A program made the position numbers and the translations under genes. DNA of 64,000 bases from Calditrichaceae bacterium (GTDB taxonomy: Bacteria > Calditrichota > Calditrichia > Calditrichales > JBFXGD01): positions 128,001-192,000 of the forward strand of contig JBFXLE010000006.1 of assembly GCA_050173015.1 (NCBI GenBank), in the 5' to 3' direction. Each line of letters starts with the position of its first letter. The first letter of the stretch is position 1. The notes below the pieces were generated by a model. The model was given only the letters and a program-made list of their open reading frames with translations, made no database searches and was not told the DNA's origin. This document shows, piece by piece, positions 21,901 to 30,564 of this stretch.

Positions 21901-23870
21901 CGGGTGACAGCATCTCGATCAGTGTTAACGGTCAGATCAGCGGCGGTGAGTTGCTTCTGGAAATAACAGATATCAATAATTATGAGATATTTAATTTCAC
22001 CACATCCTTTAATCAGGCCGGTGTTGTTGTTAAAGCCAGGATACCGGAAGACCGGCAAGGTGAAACATTATTCATTAAAGCTTATGCAAGCAACAATACG
22101 GAAGACGCGAGCGGATACAAACAAATTGGTGTTTCAAAATCAATCATTTCTGATATTGCCGTCTCACCGGAAAATCCGCTGGTGAATCAACCGCTTTCAT
22201 TCAGGATCGTGGTGGAAAGCCCGATTCCGGTTACCGCAATGAATTTGCTTAATTTCAGAGATTTTGAATCGCTTGAAACTTATGGCGTAACGATTCCCAT
22301 GGAAAAAATAGCGGATACGCTGTTTCAGTCCACCAATGATTTCCCCGGATTCTCCAAAGAAGGTCAAAAATATTTTGATATATGGATTCAGGATCAAAGT
22401 GGCGCTGAAACTACATTCAGATGGAATATCCTGTATATCGGAGATCCGCGCCCTGATCTGACAATTGATCCCGGGACAATCCGTTACAGCGGCAATGATC
22501 AATTGCAGCTGGAATTTAAAGCGATTAATGACTCAAGGGATCCGGTGTCGGATGTCGTGTTTATGGTGTTTGATGACGATGGTTTGGCGACCGGTGTTCC
22601 GTTTTCTGAGCAGAGGGTGTCTTTCGGAGCCGGCGAAAAAAAGACGGTATATGCGGATTATAATCCATCCAATTTCCAGGATCAGCGGACGTTTAAAATC
22701 GCTGTGGATCCGGTAAATTCCTTTGAGGAAAGAGATGAGCAGAACAATGTATATATCCAATCGGTAGCGACGGATCATTTTTATGTTGACTATCAAATGG
22801 GGACCACCAAAAACGGTGCGCAGAATGACACGCTTCTTCTGGCGGGTATCTGGGGATTTTATATACCTTCTAACAGCATCACCGCGTCATCGGTTATAAA
22901 TTTTAATAAAACCAATATTCGTGAAATTCTGGAAAACGGCGAGCAAAGGGACTTAAAGTATATCCGTCTTATGGGGCAAAGTGATTCCAGCGCTATGCGG
23001 ATTACCATAAAAAATTCAAATACGGTTTTCACAAACCCCGCCGTTTTAAGCGCAAAAATTGATACATCTAAATACTCCGCCTCTGTAAGAAATAATCTCT
23101 CTTTCTTCCGTTACGATACCTATCTCGGACTCTGGGTGAAAATTGCATCCGCTTTAAAAGGGGATGAATTGAGCACGGCGGTAAACAACTCCGGTATGTA
23201 CGGTGTTTTTAATTTCACAGATGAAAAATCGCCGGTGATTGAATTAACCGCAAACGGACGGCCCTTGGTAAATGACATGCTTGTGACAAATAATCCGGCT
23301 ATCGCCATTCTGCTTCAGGATGAAAACGGACTGAATTTTAGGGAGACTTTCTTTGTAAAGCTGAACGGAGAAGATGTTCCGCAGGAAGATATGACGTATC
23401 CCGACAGTATCAGCAACGCGAATACCATATCAATTTTGACATCTCCGAAACTGACCAGCGGAGCACAGGAACTGGAAGTCACGGTTGCCGATGTCAATGG
23501 TAATATTTCAACAACAATGTCCACTTTCCAGGTAACTGAAGGATTTAATATAAAGGTTTTCGGAAATTATCCGAATCCATTTGAAGATGAGACCATAATT
23601 TCCTTTTTTGTCGACAGCAATGATGAGATTGATGATTTTTCTATAAAAATCTACACCACATCAGGAAGACTGATACGTTCCAGGATGTTGGATTTGGATG
23701 AATCGGTTGCCAGCGATAATATAAAAATGCCTTCATATCATGAGTTGATTTGGGATGGCACGGATGACGGAGGTAATCAGGTCGCGAACGGGGTTTATTT
23801 TGCCGTGGTAAAGGGCAAGTATAATGGTAAAACGGTTAAACACACTCTTAAAATAGCCAGGCTTAAATGA
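18912..23870 (+). CDS. C25 (gingipain/PorU-like) cysteine peptidase with CARDB-like and T9SS-type C-terminal domains
   Basis: Signal peptide; GKFDPGDYFEFWG, ADYLIIT, YVVLTGDAS and SDYWY; catalytic-type NFLGHG and MTCFTG; FLGDPA; C-terminus NYPNPF...WDGTD..G..VANGVYF...KIARLK. Alternative start at 18876. Confidence 0.88.
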   Translation: MRHAVLNWIFMLFFLFAGLEYLNAAEYREKVVQASENKLVLKFDFDEPEFTADDGKVFAKYDKSGFIVDNQKAFLPYITRFFNLAGDKARYKILKISTKQKTVENYLISKDDASLDITEKVNVEYLGKYREVPVFSLKLFPVSYDSRTSVLEWIESIELELTTGADGKSIGKAGSGSREFLTSLLVNGDRTLFTSPESVTLSKTNDFQINNLLNAQSDLFKIGVKETGIYKVTYDDLLKVNYPVAAIDPRKLKLINKGIEVPVYFKGTEDGKFDPGDYFEFWGEKNEKTFLSQYPDVYADPFSDTNVYWLTLSTSNGLRMIDESGGIVETRQYLRPAYFRETLHFEEDNYFDRFGQPTANLNHPAYQIDHWFFDGGISSVESRSYNFNLPYPLDYGSAVTVKAMFRGKSYYSYPTNLLQGHQVTVWLNEQRVGQVMPADKWEGQTSRLVTNATGALSQSNLKSGENVFRVDMEQSGVTDIVLLNWFEVSYQRLFRADNDFIKFKVQEGLPLDYIVQFEIDGFSNSKIDVYKLGVSKIGNGRIDYFKNEVNRFSYRLTIQDEIFDPKTTYVAVTESGKKKPSYIKAFTPWKENNPALTLTNNSNAADYLIITESLLYQNALKLKLLKEEAGYHPEVVTVENIYDTFNYGIKSPIAIKNFLTYAYQSWSQTYPLKYVVLTGDASYNYKGTGDLVPTMMFETEKYGAAASDYWYALISGDDYIPDIVVARIPANTNQQLLNYLDKINNYQNNPVAGEWRNTSLFISGNDAGTRENITNKPVFRTQNLRLINMKNQGQNFSRRLNTVKNEEIEGVDPAYGSTTDLIEYFDDGVSYVNFLGHGGGGIWADVQLFSLADVDRLNNEHYQPFISSMTCFTGAFENPGKDGLAEKFVMTAKKGAIGMVASSGVGWTYNDFAIEWGLFDYLWQDVLTFGEAVDMMKIYYLANPIYYTEDGSFYTWSYNSLKYSMVSQYNFLGDPALKIQKPAQSLSVVVDKLTPAAGDSISISVNGQISGGELLLEITDINNYEIFNFTTSFNQAGVVVKARIPEDRQGETLFIKAYASNNTEDASGYKQIGVSKSIISDIAVSPENPLVNQPLSFRIVVESPIPVTAMNLLNFRDFESLETYGVTIPMEKIADTLFQSTNDFPGFSKEGQKYFDIWIQDQSGAETTFRWNILYIGDPRPDLTIDPGTIRYSGNDQLQLEFKAINDSRDPVSDVVFMVFDDDGLATGVPFSEQRVSFGAGEKKTVYADYNPSNFQDQRTFKIAVDPVNSFEERDEQNNVYIQSVATDHFYVDYQMGTTKNGAQNDTLLLAGIWGFYIPSNSITASSVINFNKTNIREILENGEQRDLKYIRLMGQSDSSAMRITIKNSNTVFTNPAVLSAKIDTSKYSASVRNNLSFFRYDTYLGLWVKIASALKGDELSTAVNNSGMYGVFNFTDEKSPVIELTANGRPLVNDMLVTNNPAIAILLQDENGLNFRETFFVKLNGEDVPQEDMTYPDSISNANTISILTSPKLTSGAQELEVTVADVNGNISTTMSTFQVTEGFNIKVFGNYPNPFEDETIISFFVDSNDEIDDFSIKIYTTSGRLIRSRMLDLDESVASDNIKMPSYHELIWDGTDDGGNQVANGVYFAVVKGKYNGKTVKHTLKIARLK

Positions 23871-24877
23871 GAAAAATTATAACCATAACGATATCGATCT
23901 TAATATTGATCAATGTGGCCCGGGCGCAGGACAGTAAATATACTGCCTCATTTCTAGAAATGGGAATCGGGGCCAGGGCGCTGGCCATGGGAAGCGCTTA
24001 TGTTGGTTTAAGTTCTGATGCTTCGGGATTTTACTGGAATCCCGGTGGTCTCGCGTTTTTGAAAAATTACCAGGCAGCCTCAATGTATGCCGATTTGTTT
24101 GGTTCGCTTGAGAATCAAAATTATATCAGTGTAGCCATCCCGATATTTGGAGGGGCAACCATTTCACTGGCCTGGGTACGTCTAAGTGTCGAGGATATCC
24201 CGCGATACGCGTTTGATGAAACTTCCAATGCTTTTCAGCGGATAACAGGCTCGGCATTGCCTCTTGATGGAGATGCTGAAGGAAGTTTCAGCAGTTATGA
24301 TGACGCTTATTATATCACATTCGCGAAATATAAACGGTTAAATATGAATTTAGGTTGGCAATATTTTGAAGTACCGATTGATTTTGCGTATGGCGCGAAT
24401 TTCAAAATCCTGAGACAGCAAATCGATGATAAAACCGGATCGGGATTAGGGGTTGATCTGGGAATTCAGGTGAGAATGGCGCTTAGTGATTTGTTTGACG
24501 ATGATCTGTATGGTGATCTTTCCTTTGGACTGAATGCCCAGGATTTGACCAATACTGAGATTACCTGGGATACGGATTCAAAGCACAGGGATGAGGTTGA
24601 AAGAAATTTTAAGTATGGATTTGCCTATATTCAGCCCCTGCAGTTTATAAAAAGCAGATTCACATTAGCATATGATGTAAATTCCAAATATGAGGGTTCC
24701 ACGCATTTTGGGACTGAACTACTGTATAATTCCATCCTGGCCATGCGGCTTGGTTCCAACAATGGTGATTTTACGACAGGAGCCGGGATATATTTCTGGA
24801 AATTCCAGTTTGATTACGCGTATCAGAGTCATGATCTGGGCAATTCGCACCGTGTATCAGTTTTATTAAATTTTTGA
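23867..24877 (+). CDS. PorV/PorQ-family outer-membrane beta-barrel
   Basis: Signal peptide, FLEMGIGARALAMG, YWNPGGL, C-terminal DYAY..HDLGNSHRVS..F. Confidence 0.8.
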   Translation: MRKIITITISILILINVARAQDSKYTASFLEMGIGARALAMGSAYVGLSSDASGFYWNPGGLAFLKNYQAASMYADLFGSLENQNYISVAIPIFGGATISLAWVRLSVEDIPRYAFDETSNAFQRITGSALPLDGDAEGSFSSYDDAYYITFAKYKRLNMNLGWQYFEVPIDFAYGANFKILRQQIDDKTGSGLGVDLGIQVRMALSDLFDDDLYGDLSFGLNAQDLTNTEITWDTDSKHRDEVERNFKYGFAYIQPLQFIKSRFTLAYDVNSKYEGSTHFGTELLYNSILAMRLGSNNGDFTTGAGIYFWKFQFDYAYQSHDLGNSHRVSVLLNF

Positions 24878-24882
24878 GAGAT

Positions 24883-25650
24883 ATGAGAATCATTTTTTCC
24901 ATATTGATTATGATGGGAATTTTTGCCTGCTCGGGGCAGGAAACCACGGATAACGATCCTCCGTCAGCACCCGTTATGGTGCTGAAAGATGCCGGCGATG
25001 ATACGCTGGCGATTGAGCGAGGGATTGACGCCGTACCCGGATTATCCGATAATTACAAAATTCAGATCATGTGGTTCAGTCATCCGGAAGGCAGGAATCT
25101 GTCAAAATTCAATGTTTACCGGAGTACAGACAGAGAAGGTAAAATTCTATATAAAGAGATCGGTTCTGTGAAGGTTGATAACGCATCCTTTCAGGATACG
25201 GCCTATGTTGATGTATTGTTAAATACGAATATTCCGTATTTTTACTATGTGACGGCAGAAGATGAACAGGGAAATGAGAGCCTGCCCTCAGATACGGTCT
25301 GGTATCAATTAACTGAAAAGGCGCAGTTAGTGACACCGAAAGGTACCATTATAACGAATCCGCCGATAGTTTTTGAATTTGTTAAGCAGGGAATTCCGAA
25401 CGGGTATATATTAAGAATAGAAAAAGATCTGGGGTTGCAGGTAAATCCGCTGGCTTATGTGGAATGGGTTGAGCCCCTGAAAGATTACGCGACATCGATC
25501 ATTACCGACAGCCTTTCCGGAGAACAATTGAAAACCATCTTTAGTAACGGTAATTACCGCTGGAGAATTGATTTGTTTGAGATTGATCCTCTGCATTACG
25601 GATCAGAATCCAACTGGGAAACTTTTACGATCAACTGGAGCGATCAATGA
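24883..25650 (+). CDS. lipoprotein with fibronectin type III-like domain
   Basis: Lipobox IFA-C; DPPSAP, FNVYRS and YFYYVTAEDEQGNESLPS Fn3 pattern. Confidence 0.7.
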   Translation: MRIIFSILIMMGIFACSGQETTDNDPPSAPVMVLKDAGDDTLAIERGIDAVPGLSDNYKIQIMWFSHPEGRNLSKFNVYRSTDREGKILYKEIGSVKVDNASFQDTAYVDVLLNTNIPYFYYVTAEDEQGNESLPSDTVWYQLTEKAQLVTPKGTIITNPPIVFEFVKQGIPNGYILRIEKDLGLQVNPLAYVEWVEPLKDYATSIITDSLSGEQLKTIFSNGNYRWRIDLFEIDPLHYGSESNWETFTINWSDQ

Positions 25651-26123
25651 AAAAATTTTTACCGGCCATAGCAATTCTGCTAATATTTTCTTTCGCTGAA
25701 GCGCAGAATTTCGACACACCTCAGGAAGCAATCGGTCAGTTTTCCGACCGACCGGCCCAATATATACTCGGAACGGGCGATATCCTGCTTGTGAATGTAA
25801 ATCTTTGGGGTCATGTTCAAAGACCCGGCATTTACAGTATTCCCAGTTCTTACACTCTGATTGATTTACTATCATCGGCCGGGGGCCCCATGAAAACAGC
25901 CCGGCTAAATGATGTGAGAATTGTTCGTAAAAATGAAGAAGTGATTCGTGTGAATGTAGAAACATTCCTTAAAACGGGAAACATTGAACTCCTCCCAATA
26001 TTACAGCCCGGCGACACTATTATCGTCTCAGGGAGTATTCAGGATGTTTTTGCCCGGGTCGTGGGTTTTATGAGAGATCTGGCTATTATTGTGAATGTAT
26101 TTGTGATTGCAAGCAGAATTTAG
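25647..26123 (+). CDS. SLBB (beta-grasp) domain protein resembling the periplasmic part of polysaccharide export proteins
   Basis: Signal peptide; VNLWGHVQRPGIY, LLSSAGG and LQPGDTIIV; C-terminal amphipathic/hydrophobic helix. Confidence 0.78.
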   Translation: MKKFLPAIAILLIFSFAEAQNFDTPQEAIGQFSDRPAQYILGTGDILLVNVNLWGHVQRPGIYSIPSSYTLIDLLSSAGGPMKTARLNDVRIVRKNEEVIRVNVETFLKTGNIELLPILQPGDTIIVSGSIQDVFARVVGFMRDLAIIVNVFVIASRI

Positions 26124-26232
26124 CCCGTGTTGATCTGTTATTTTATTTGACGAAAATTGTTACTTAATATTTGAGTAAATATTAATTGAAGAAATTCGCT
26201 CCGGTACAAATTATGGCTGATAGGAGTTGTAA

Positions 26233-27369
26233 ATGAAGAAAATAAGCGCACTCGGTACCGCCTTATTTTTGTTCACTGTTGCATTGGCACAGGCACAGAT
26301 AACGAATACAGAAGGTACATTGTTCCATACCCAATCCGGGAAAACCATAGAAAAGGGAACATTGGTCTTCACGAACAACATGAACTTTTATACGACGGCG
26401 GGCGAATATATCGGCTCACTAAAACCGGATAATTTTAAAACTAAAAATTACTGGTTGGTGGCGGGAAATTTAGGTCTTAATTATGGAATAACAAATCATT
26501 TTGATGTTTCGCTCGGCCTCCGTGTTTATCAGGATACTCATTATTCAAACGAATACAATCTTCCGGATGATTTATTTTTAACATTAAAGCTGGGATCATT
26601 TGCTTCTAGCAGAAATCATTTTTATCAGGCTTTTAGTGGAACGATGAGGTTCCCCACAGGCGAGATACACAATTATCCGTTTGAAGAGTTTGCAAGCGGA
26701 GCCATCGAATTTGGATTTTTGTGGGCGGCAAGCTATTTTTCGGATCCATATCTTCCAAAACGGTCATTCAGCCTGCATTTTAATATGGGCTGGTGGTCTC
26801 ATAATGAAGCGGGCACGACTGTTTATGAGTACGACGACGGCACAAAACTCGATGCAACCGTGAACTCAAACGAGCTAAGATTGGCAATGGGCGCGGTTTA
26901 TCCCACAAATTTGTTTGATTACCGGGTTGAATTAAGCGGGATTATTTATATAACTGATCCCGATCGCTTTGTGTACAGCGCCGAAGAATGGTCCTTTCTG
27001 ACGCCCAGTATTCGGTACAAGCCATTTAGCTGGGCCACCTTTGATCTTGGAGTGGATATACGCCTTTCGCCTGAACGGCAATTTACCAGTGGCGTACCGG
27101 ATCTAAGCACTAATTTGGATCTGCCCGGCAGTTATCCCCCCTGGAAGGTGCAAATGGGAGCAAATTTTAATCTTGGATTATTCAACAAAAGAGCATTAAA
27201 TAATCCGGATTATGAGCGGAGAGAATATCTGAAAAAAATAGAATTGATCGAGACTGTTATTGAAGAACAGGAAAAGGCTGAAAAAGCTCAGAAAGAATTT
27301 GAAAATCTGAAAAAGGTTCGAAAAAGCACGGATAAGGAATTAGAGGATTTAAAAAATGTTCTGGAATAA
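26233..27369 (+). CDS. putative outer-membrane beta-barrel protein with C-terminal coiled coil (paralogue 1)
   Basis: Signal peptide, aromatic alternating strands, charged heptad-like tail; clearly similar to the next gene. Confidence 0.65.
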   Translation: MKKISALGTALFLFTVALAQAQITNTEGTLFHTQSGKTIEKGTLVFTNNMNFYTTAGEYIGSLKPDNFKTKNYWLVAGNLGLNYGITNHFDVSLGLRVYQDTHYSNEYNLPDDLFLTLKLGSFASSRNHFYQAFSGTMRFPTGEIHNYPFEEFASGAIEFGFLWAASYFSDPYLPKRSFSLHFNMGWWSHNEAGTTVYEYDDGTKLDATVNSNELRLAMGAVYPTNLFDYRVELSGIIYITDPDRFVYSAEEWSFLTPSIRYKPFSWATFDLGVDIRLSPERQFTSGVPDLSTNLDLPGSYPPWKVQMGANFNLGLFNKRALNNPDYERREYLKKIELIETVIEEQEKAEKAQKEFENLKKVRKSTDKELEDLKNVLE

Positions 27370-27578
27370 TGTTTTGATGAAATATTCCATTCATTTCTTT
27401 CGGATATGACAATATTAACACTATGATTGCATCATTATAAAAAAAGAAGTAAATTCTAAATCGTTGCATCTGATGGGTTTAGGATTGTTTTGGTTTGTAA
27501 AATGCGCGGGAAATGATGCCGTGCTTAAGTAAAGGTTATAAAAATTCGTTTATTAAATCCTACTCTGGGGAGGTTGAG

Positions 27579-28703
27579 ATGAAAAAGCTCAGCTTAATTT
27601 TGCTGATATTCGTTTGTTTCGGTACCGTGTTTAGTCAACCACCTAATGGAAGCTACAGCTTAATTCACACCCAAAGCGCGAGAACGTTTGAAAAGGGTCG
27701 TCTCGAGCTTCACACAAATATGAACTTTTATACGAAACTGGCGGACTATATCGGTGATCCAAGTTTGCGGCCTGCAGATTTCAATTCATATAACTTGTGG
27801 GTAGCGGCCGGAAACATCGCGTTAACATATGGCGTGCTTGATCATTTTGACGTGACCATCGCCCCTCGAATTTATCAGGATACTCAGCAAAAAGATGAAT
27901 ACAATTTGCCGGATGATATTTTTGTAACTTTAAAGCTCGGCTCGTTTGCGTTCGGCGACAGAAAATTTTACGGAGCGTTTCTGGGGAATATGAGATTACC
28001 AACCGGTGATGTGCATAATTACCCATTTACCTCATACGCGAGCGGCGCTTATGAATTCGGATTAACAGGAGCGCTGTCTTATTACGCGGATGCGTATTTA
28101 CCTGAAAGAGCCTGGAATGTCCATCTGAATCTCGGATGGTGGAATCATAATGAAGCCGGAGAGGAATTAGCGAAGAATAAATTTGCTACTAAGAACTCGA
28201 CTGAAATTCAGTATGCTTTGGGTTTTGTTTATCCAACCAGTATTTTTGATTTCACTCTGGAATTGAACGGTATCAGTTATATTGATCAGCCTGACCCGTT
28301 TGTTTACGCGCGCGAAGATTGGATGTATATAACGCCAAGTTTACGTTATAAAGCGTTGTCCTGGCTTTCATTTGATCTTGGTGTCGATATTCGTGTAACA
28401 GGAGGTACCGAAGAATCCATCTATACCTTTGACAGAATTGATTTACCGAATTATACAAGCTGGCAGGTTCAGATGGGAGCAAACATTACCATATTACCTC
28501 TGGTTTCCGTAGGAAAGAGCTCGGTTCAGCTGGAAAAGGAAGAATTTAACAAGCGTGTAAAATTTTTCCAGAAAATCCTTGAAGACCGTCAGAGATCCGA
28601 TGAAGTTCAGGAAGAACTGGAAAAATTAAAAGCGGAGCGGGAAGCAGCTGAGCGGGAATTGGAAGAATTAAAACAAATTCTGCAGGAAGAAGGCAGTTAT
28701 TAA
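27579..28703 (+). CDS. putative outer-membrane beta-barrel protein with C-terminal coiled coil (paralogue 2)
   Basis: RBS GGGGAGG before ATG 27579; shares NMNFYT, YQDT...EYNLPDD.F.TLKLGSF, PTG..HNYPF and GWW.HNEAG with 26233..27369. Confidence 0.65.
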   Translation: MKKLSLILLIFVCFGTVFSQPPNGSYSLIHTQSARTFEKGRLELHTNMNFYTKLADYIGDPSLRPADFNSYNLWVAAGNIALTYGVLDHFDVTIAPRIYQDTQQKDEYNLPDDIFVTLKLGSFAFGDRKFYGAFLGNMRLPTGDVHNYPFTSYASGAYEFGLTGALSYYADAYLPERAWNVHLNLGWWNHNEAGEELAKNKFATKNSTEIQYALGFVYPTSIFDFTLELNGISYIDQPDPFVYAREDWMYITPSLRYKALSWLSFDLGVDIRVTGGTEESIYTFDRIDLPNYTSWQVQMGANITILPLVSVGKSSVQLEKEEFNKRVKFFQKILEDRQRSDEVQEELEKLKAEREAAERELEELKQILQEEGSY

Positions 28704-28706
28704 TAT

Positions 28707-28742
28707 AAAAATCCCCTGTCCTGGCAGGGGATTTTCATTTTT
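28707..28742 (+). terminator. intrinsic terminator
   Basis: AAAATCCCCTG-tcctgg-CAGGGGATTTT followed by a T-rich tail. Confidence 0.8.
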
Positions 28743-28900
28743 TGTAATATATGTTCATTATCAGTCAGATTGTTTCGCCCCTATTATTGCTTCATGTCTA
28801 AGATTTGAATCATAAGTATAAACATTTGATAAGCGGCGGGAATATTTTCATTTTATATAAAGTGGATAGATATATTTGGCATATGGTGGAGCGGGCAATC

Positions 28901-28929
28901 TTGATTAAGGGATAAAAAAAAAGTAAATT
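28901..28929 (+). promoter_or_regulatory. candidate sigma70 promoter with an A9 run in its spacer
   Basis: TTGATT (28901-28906), 17 nt, TAAATT (28924-28929). Confidence 0.45.
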
Positions 28930-28959
28930 CAAATCAGGTTAAATAAATATCCGAAGAGT

Positions 28960-30555
28960 ATGAAATCTAATAAACAAATCCAATTTCACACGCTGGACGC
29001 AAAACCGGCCGTAAATGTCTGCATATTCAGAAATCGGAAATATATTGATTTTAAGATCGAGGATAATGTATTTGATGTCATGGATCTTGAAAACAATACA
29101 GTTCTTGCCGGAATATCGAGCGACAGAGTGTGGCGCATTAAAATTAAAGAATCAAAGCCCGCCGTTTACAGCTATTTTCTGATTTTGGATGAGTCAACGG
29201 ATATGGACTCTATCCGGAAAAACTATGAAGCCTTCCAAAAGACGGTAAGCAATATTACAATTATTGATACCGGTGGAGATGTTTATCTTGGTGAGCGGTT
29301 TTTGACAACCAATAAAAAATATTTACTGCTGGCGGGTCCCTTCGAAGATGAGCGTACAGCCAGACACAATTCTAAGCTGTTTGGTCAGCTAAATCATTGC
29401 CGCCTCCACCGTCAGCAGGTTAAAGATGGTTCGGGTGTCCTCGAGATATTTGATTCGGAATATGAAATAAGCGCCGAAGTAAAAGATGGAATAAGGCTTG
29501 TTCCTCACGATCATTCCGCAATGATAGAGCTGGAACACTTTGAGATCCATAACCATAATAATGATAAACGTCAGCATGAACAATTATTTTATCCCGGAGA
29601 AATGACGATCAAAATTGATGAGAGCGAACTTCTCGCGGGAATGAGTAGCGTTTGTGTTGAAGATTATCTCAAGGGGGTAATTCATTCCGAAATCGGCGCC
29701 GGCGAGCCATTTGAATTTGTAAAAAGTATGGCTATTGTAGCGCGGAGTGAAGTGTTTGCGAGATTCGGTCAAAAACATATCGGGGAACTTTTTGATTTTT
29801 GCGGCGATGGACATTGTTTAAGGTATTTTGGCAAAAGATTCAATGATCCCGTTATTGATCGGGCAGTGAAGGAAACACGGGGACAAGTGCTTGGAGATAA
29901 CGGAAGAGTTTGCGACGCTCATTTTACTTATTCCTGCGGCGGGCATACCGAAAATGCCGCTGATGTCTGGTTGACGAGTACATCAAATTTTTCAATCGGG
30001 AAATATGACGGAAATTCAAATAAGAAAAATGAAGTAGATTTGACCAGGGAAGAAGAAGGACAAAAGTGGATTCTAAGAAGGCCTGACGTATATTGCAACC
30101 TGGTTTCGAATGAGCCTCCGGCGGCTTTGAAGGACGCTACGGAAACATTCCGGTGGGAAGTCTTCTATACCAGAAATGAATTGGAGCAAATCCTCGAAGA
30201 AAAAACCGGTGAGCAGCCCGGGATTATCTATGAGATTATACCCAAAAAACGAGGGGTTTCCGGCAGGTTAAAAGAAGTTGAGATTTTCGGAAGTCTAAAA
30301 AATATTACCATCAAAGGTGAACTGAACATTCGATCCGCGTTTTCGGATGGTTTGTTAAAAAGTTCGTGTTTTTTTGTAAAACCGGATGTTGATGATGACG
30401 GAGTTCCCATAAATTTTATGTTCATCGGGGCCGGTATGGGGCATGGTGTTGGGCTTTGCAAAGTGGGCGCCGCCATGATGGCGAAGGATAATAAATCAGC
30501 GGATGAGATTCTCCTTCATTATTTTGAAAAAAGTAAAATCATAAAAATTTATTAA
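28960..30555 (+). CDS. SpoIID/LytB domain protein (lytic transglycosylase family)
   Basis: EDYLKGVIHSEI, AIVARS, AVKETRG, SCGGHTE, RGVSGR and GMGHGVGLC motifs. Confidence 0.88.
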   Translation: MKSNKQIQFHTLDAKPAVNVCIFRNRKYIDFKIEDNVFDVMDLENNTVLAGISSDRVWRIKIKESKPAVYSYFLILDESTDMDSIRKNYEAFQKTVSNITIIDTGGDVYLGERFLTTNKKYLLLAGPFEDERTARHNSKLFGQLNHCRLHRQQVKDGSGVLEIFDSEYEISAEVKDGIRLVPHDHSAMIELEHFEIHNHNNDKRQHEQLFYPGEMTIKIDESELLAGMSSVCVEDYLKGVIHSEIGAGEPFEFVKSMAIVARSEVFARFGQKHIGELFDFCGDGHCLRYFGKRFNDPVIDRAVKETRGQVLGDNGRVCDAHFTYSCGGHTENAADVWLTSTSNFSIGKYDGNSNKKNEVDLTREEEGQKWILRRPDVYCNLVSNEPPAALKDATETFRWEVFYTRNELEQILEEKTGEQPGIIYEIIPKKRGVSGRLKEVEIFGSLKNITIKGELNIRSAFSDGLLKSSCFFVKPDVDDDGVPINFMFIGAGMGHGVGLCKVGAAMMAKDNKSADEILLHYFEKSKIIKIY

Positions 30556-30564
30556 GCAGGATCT

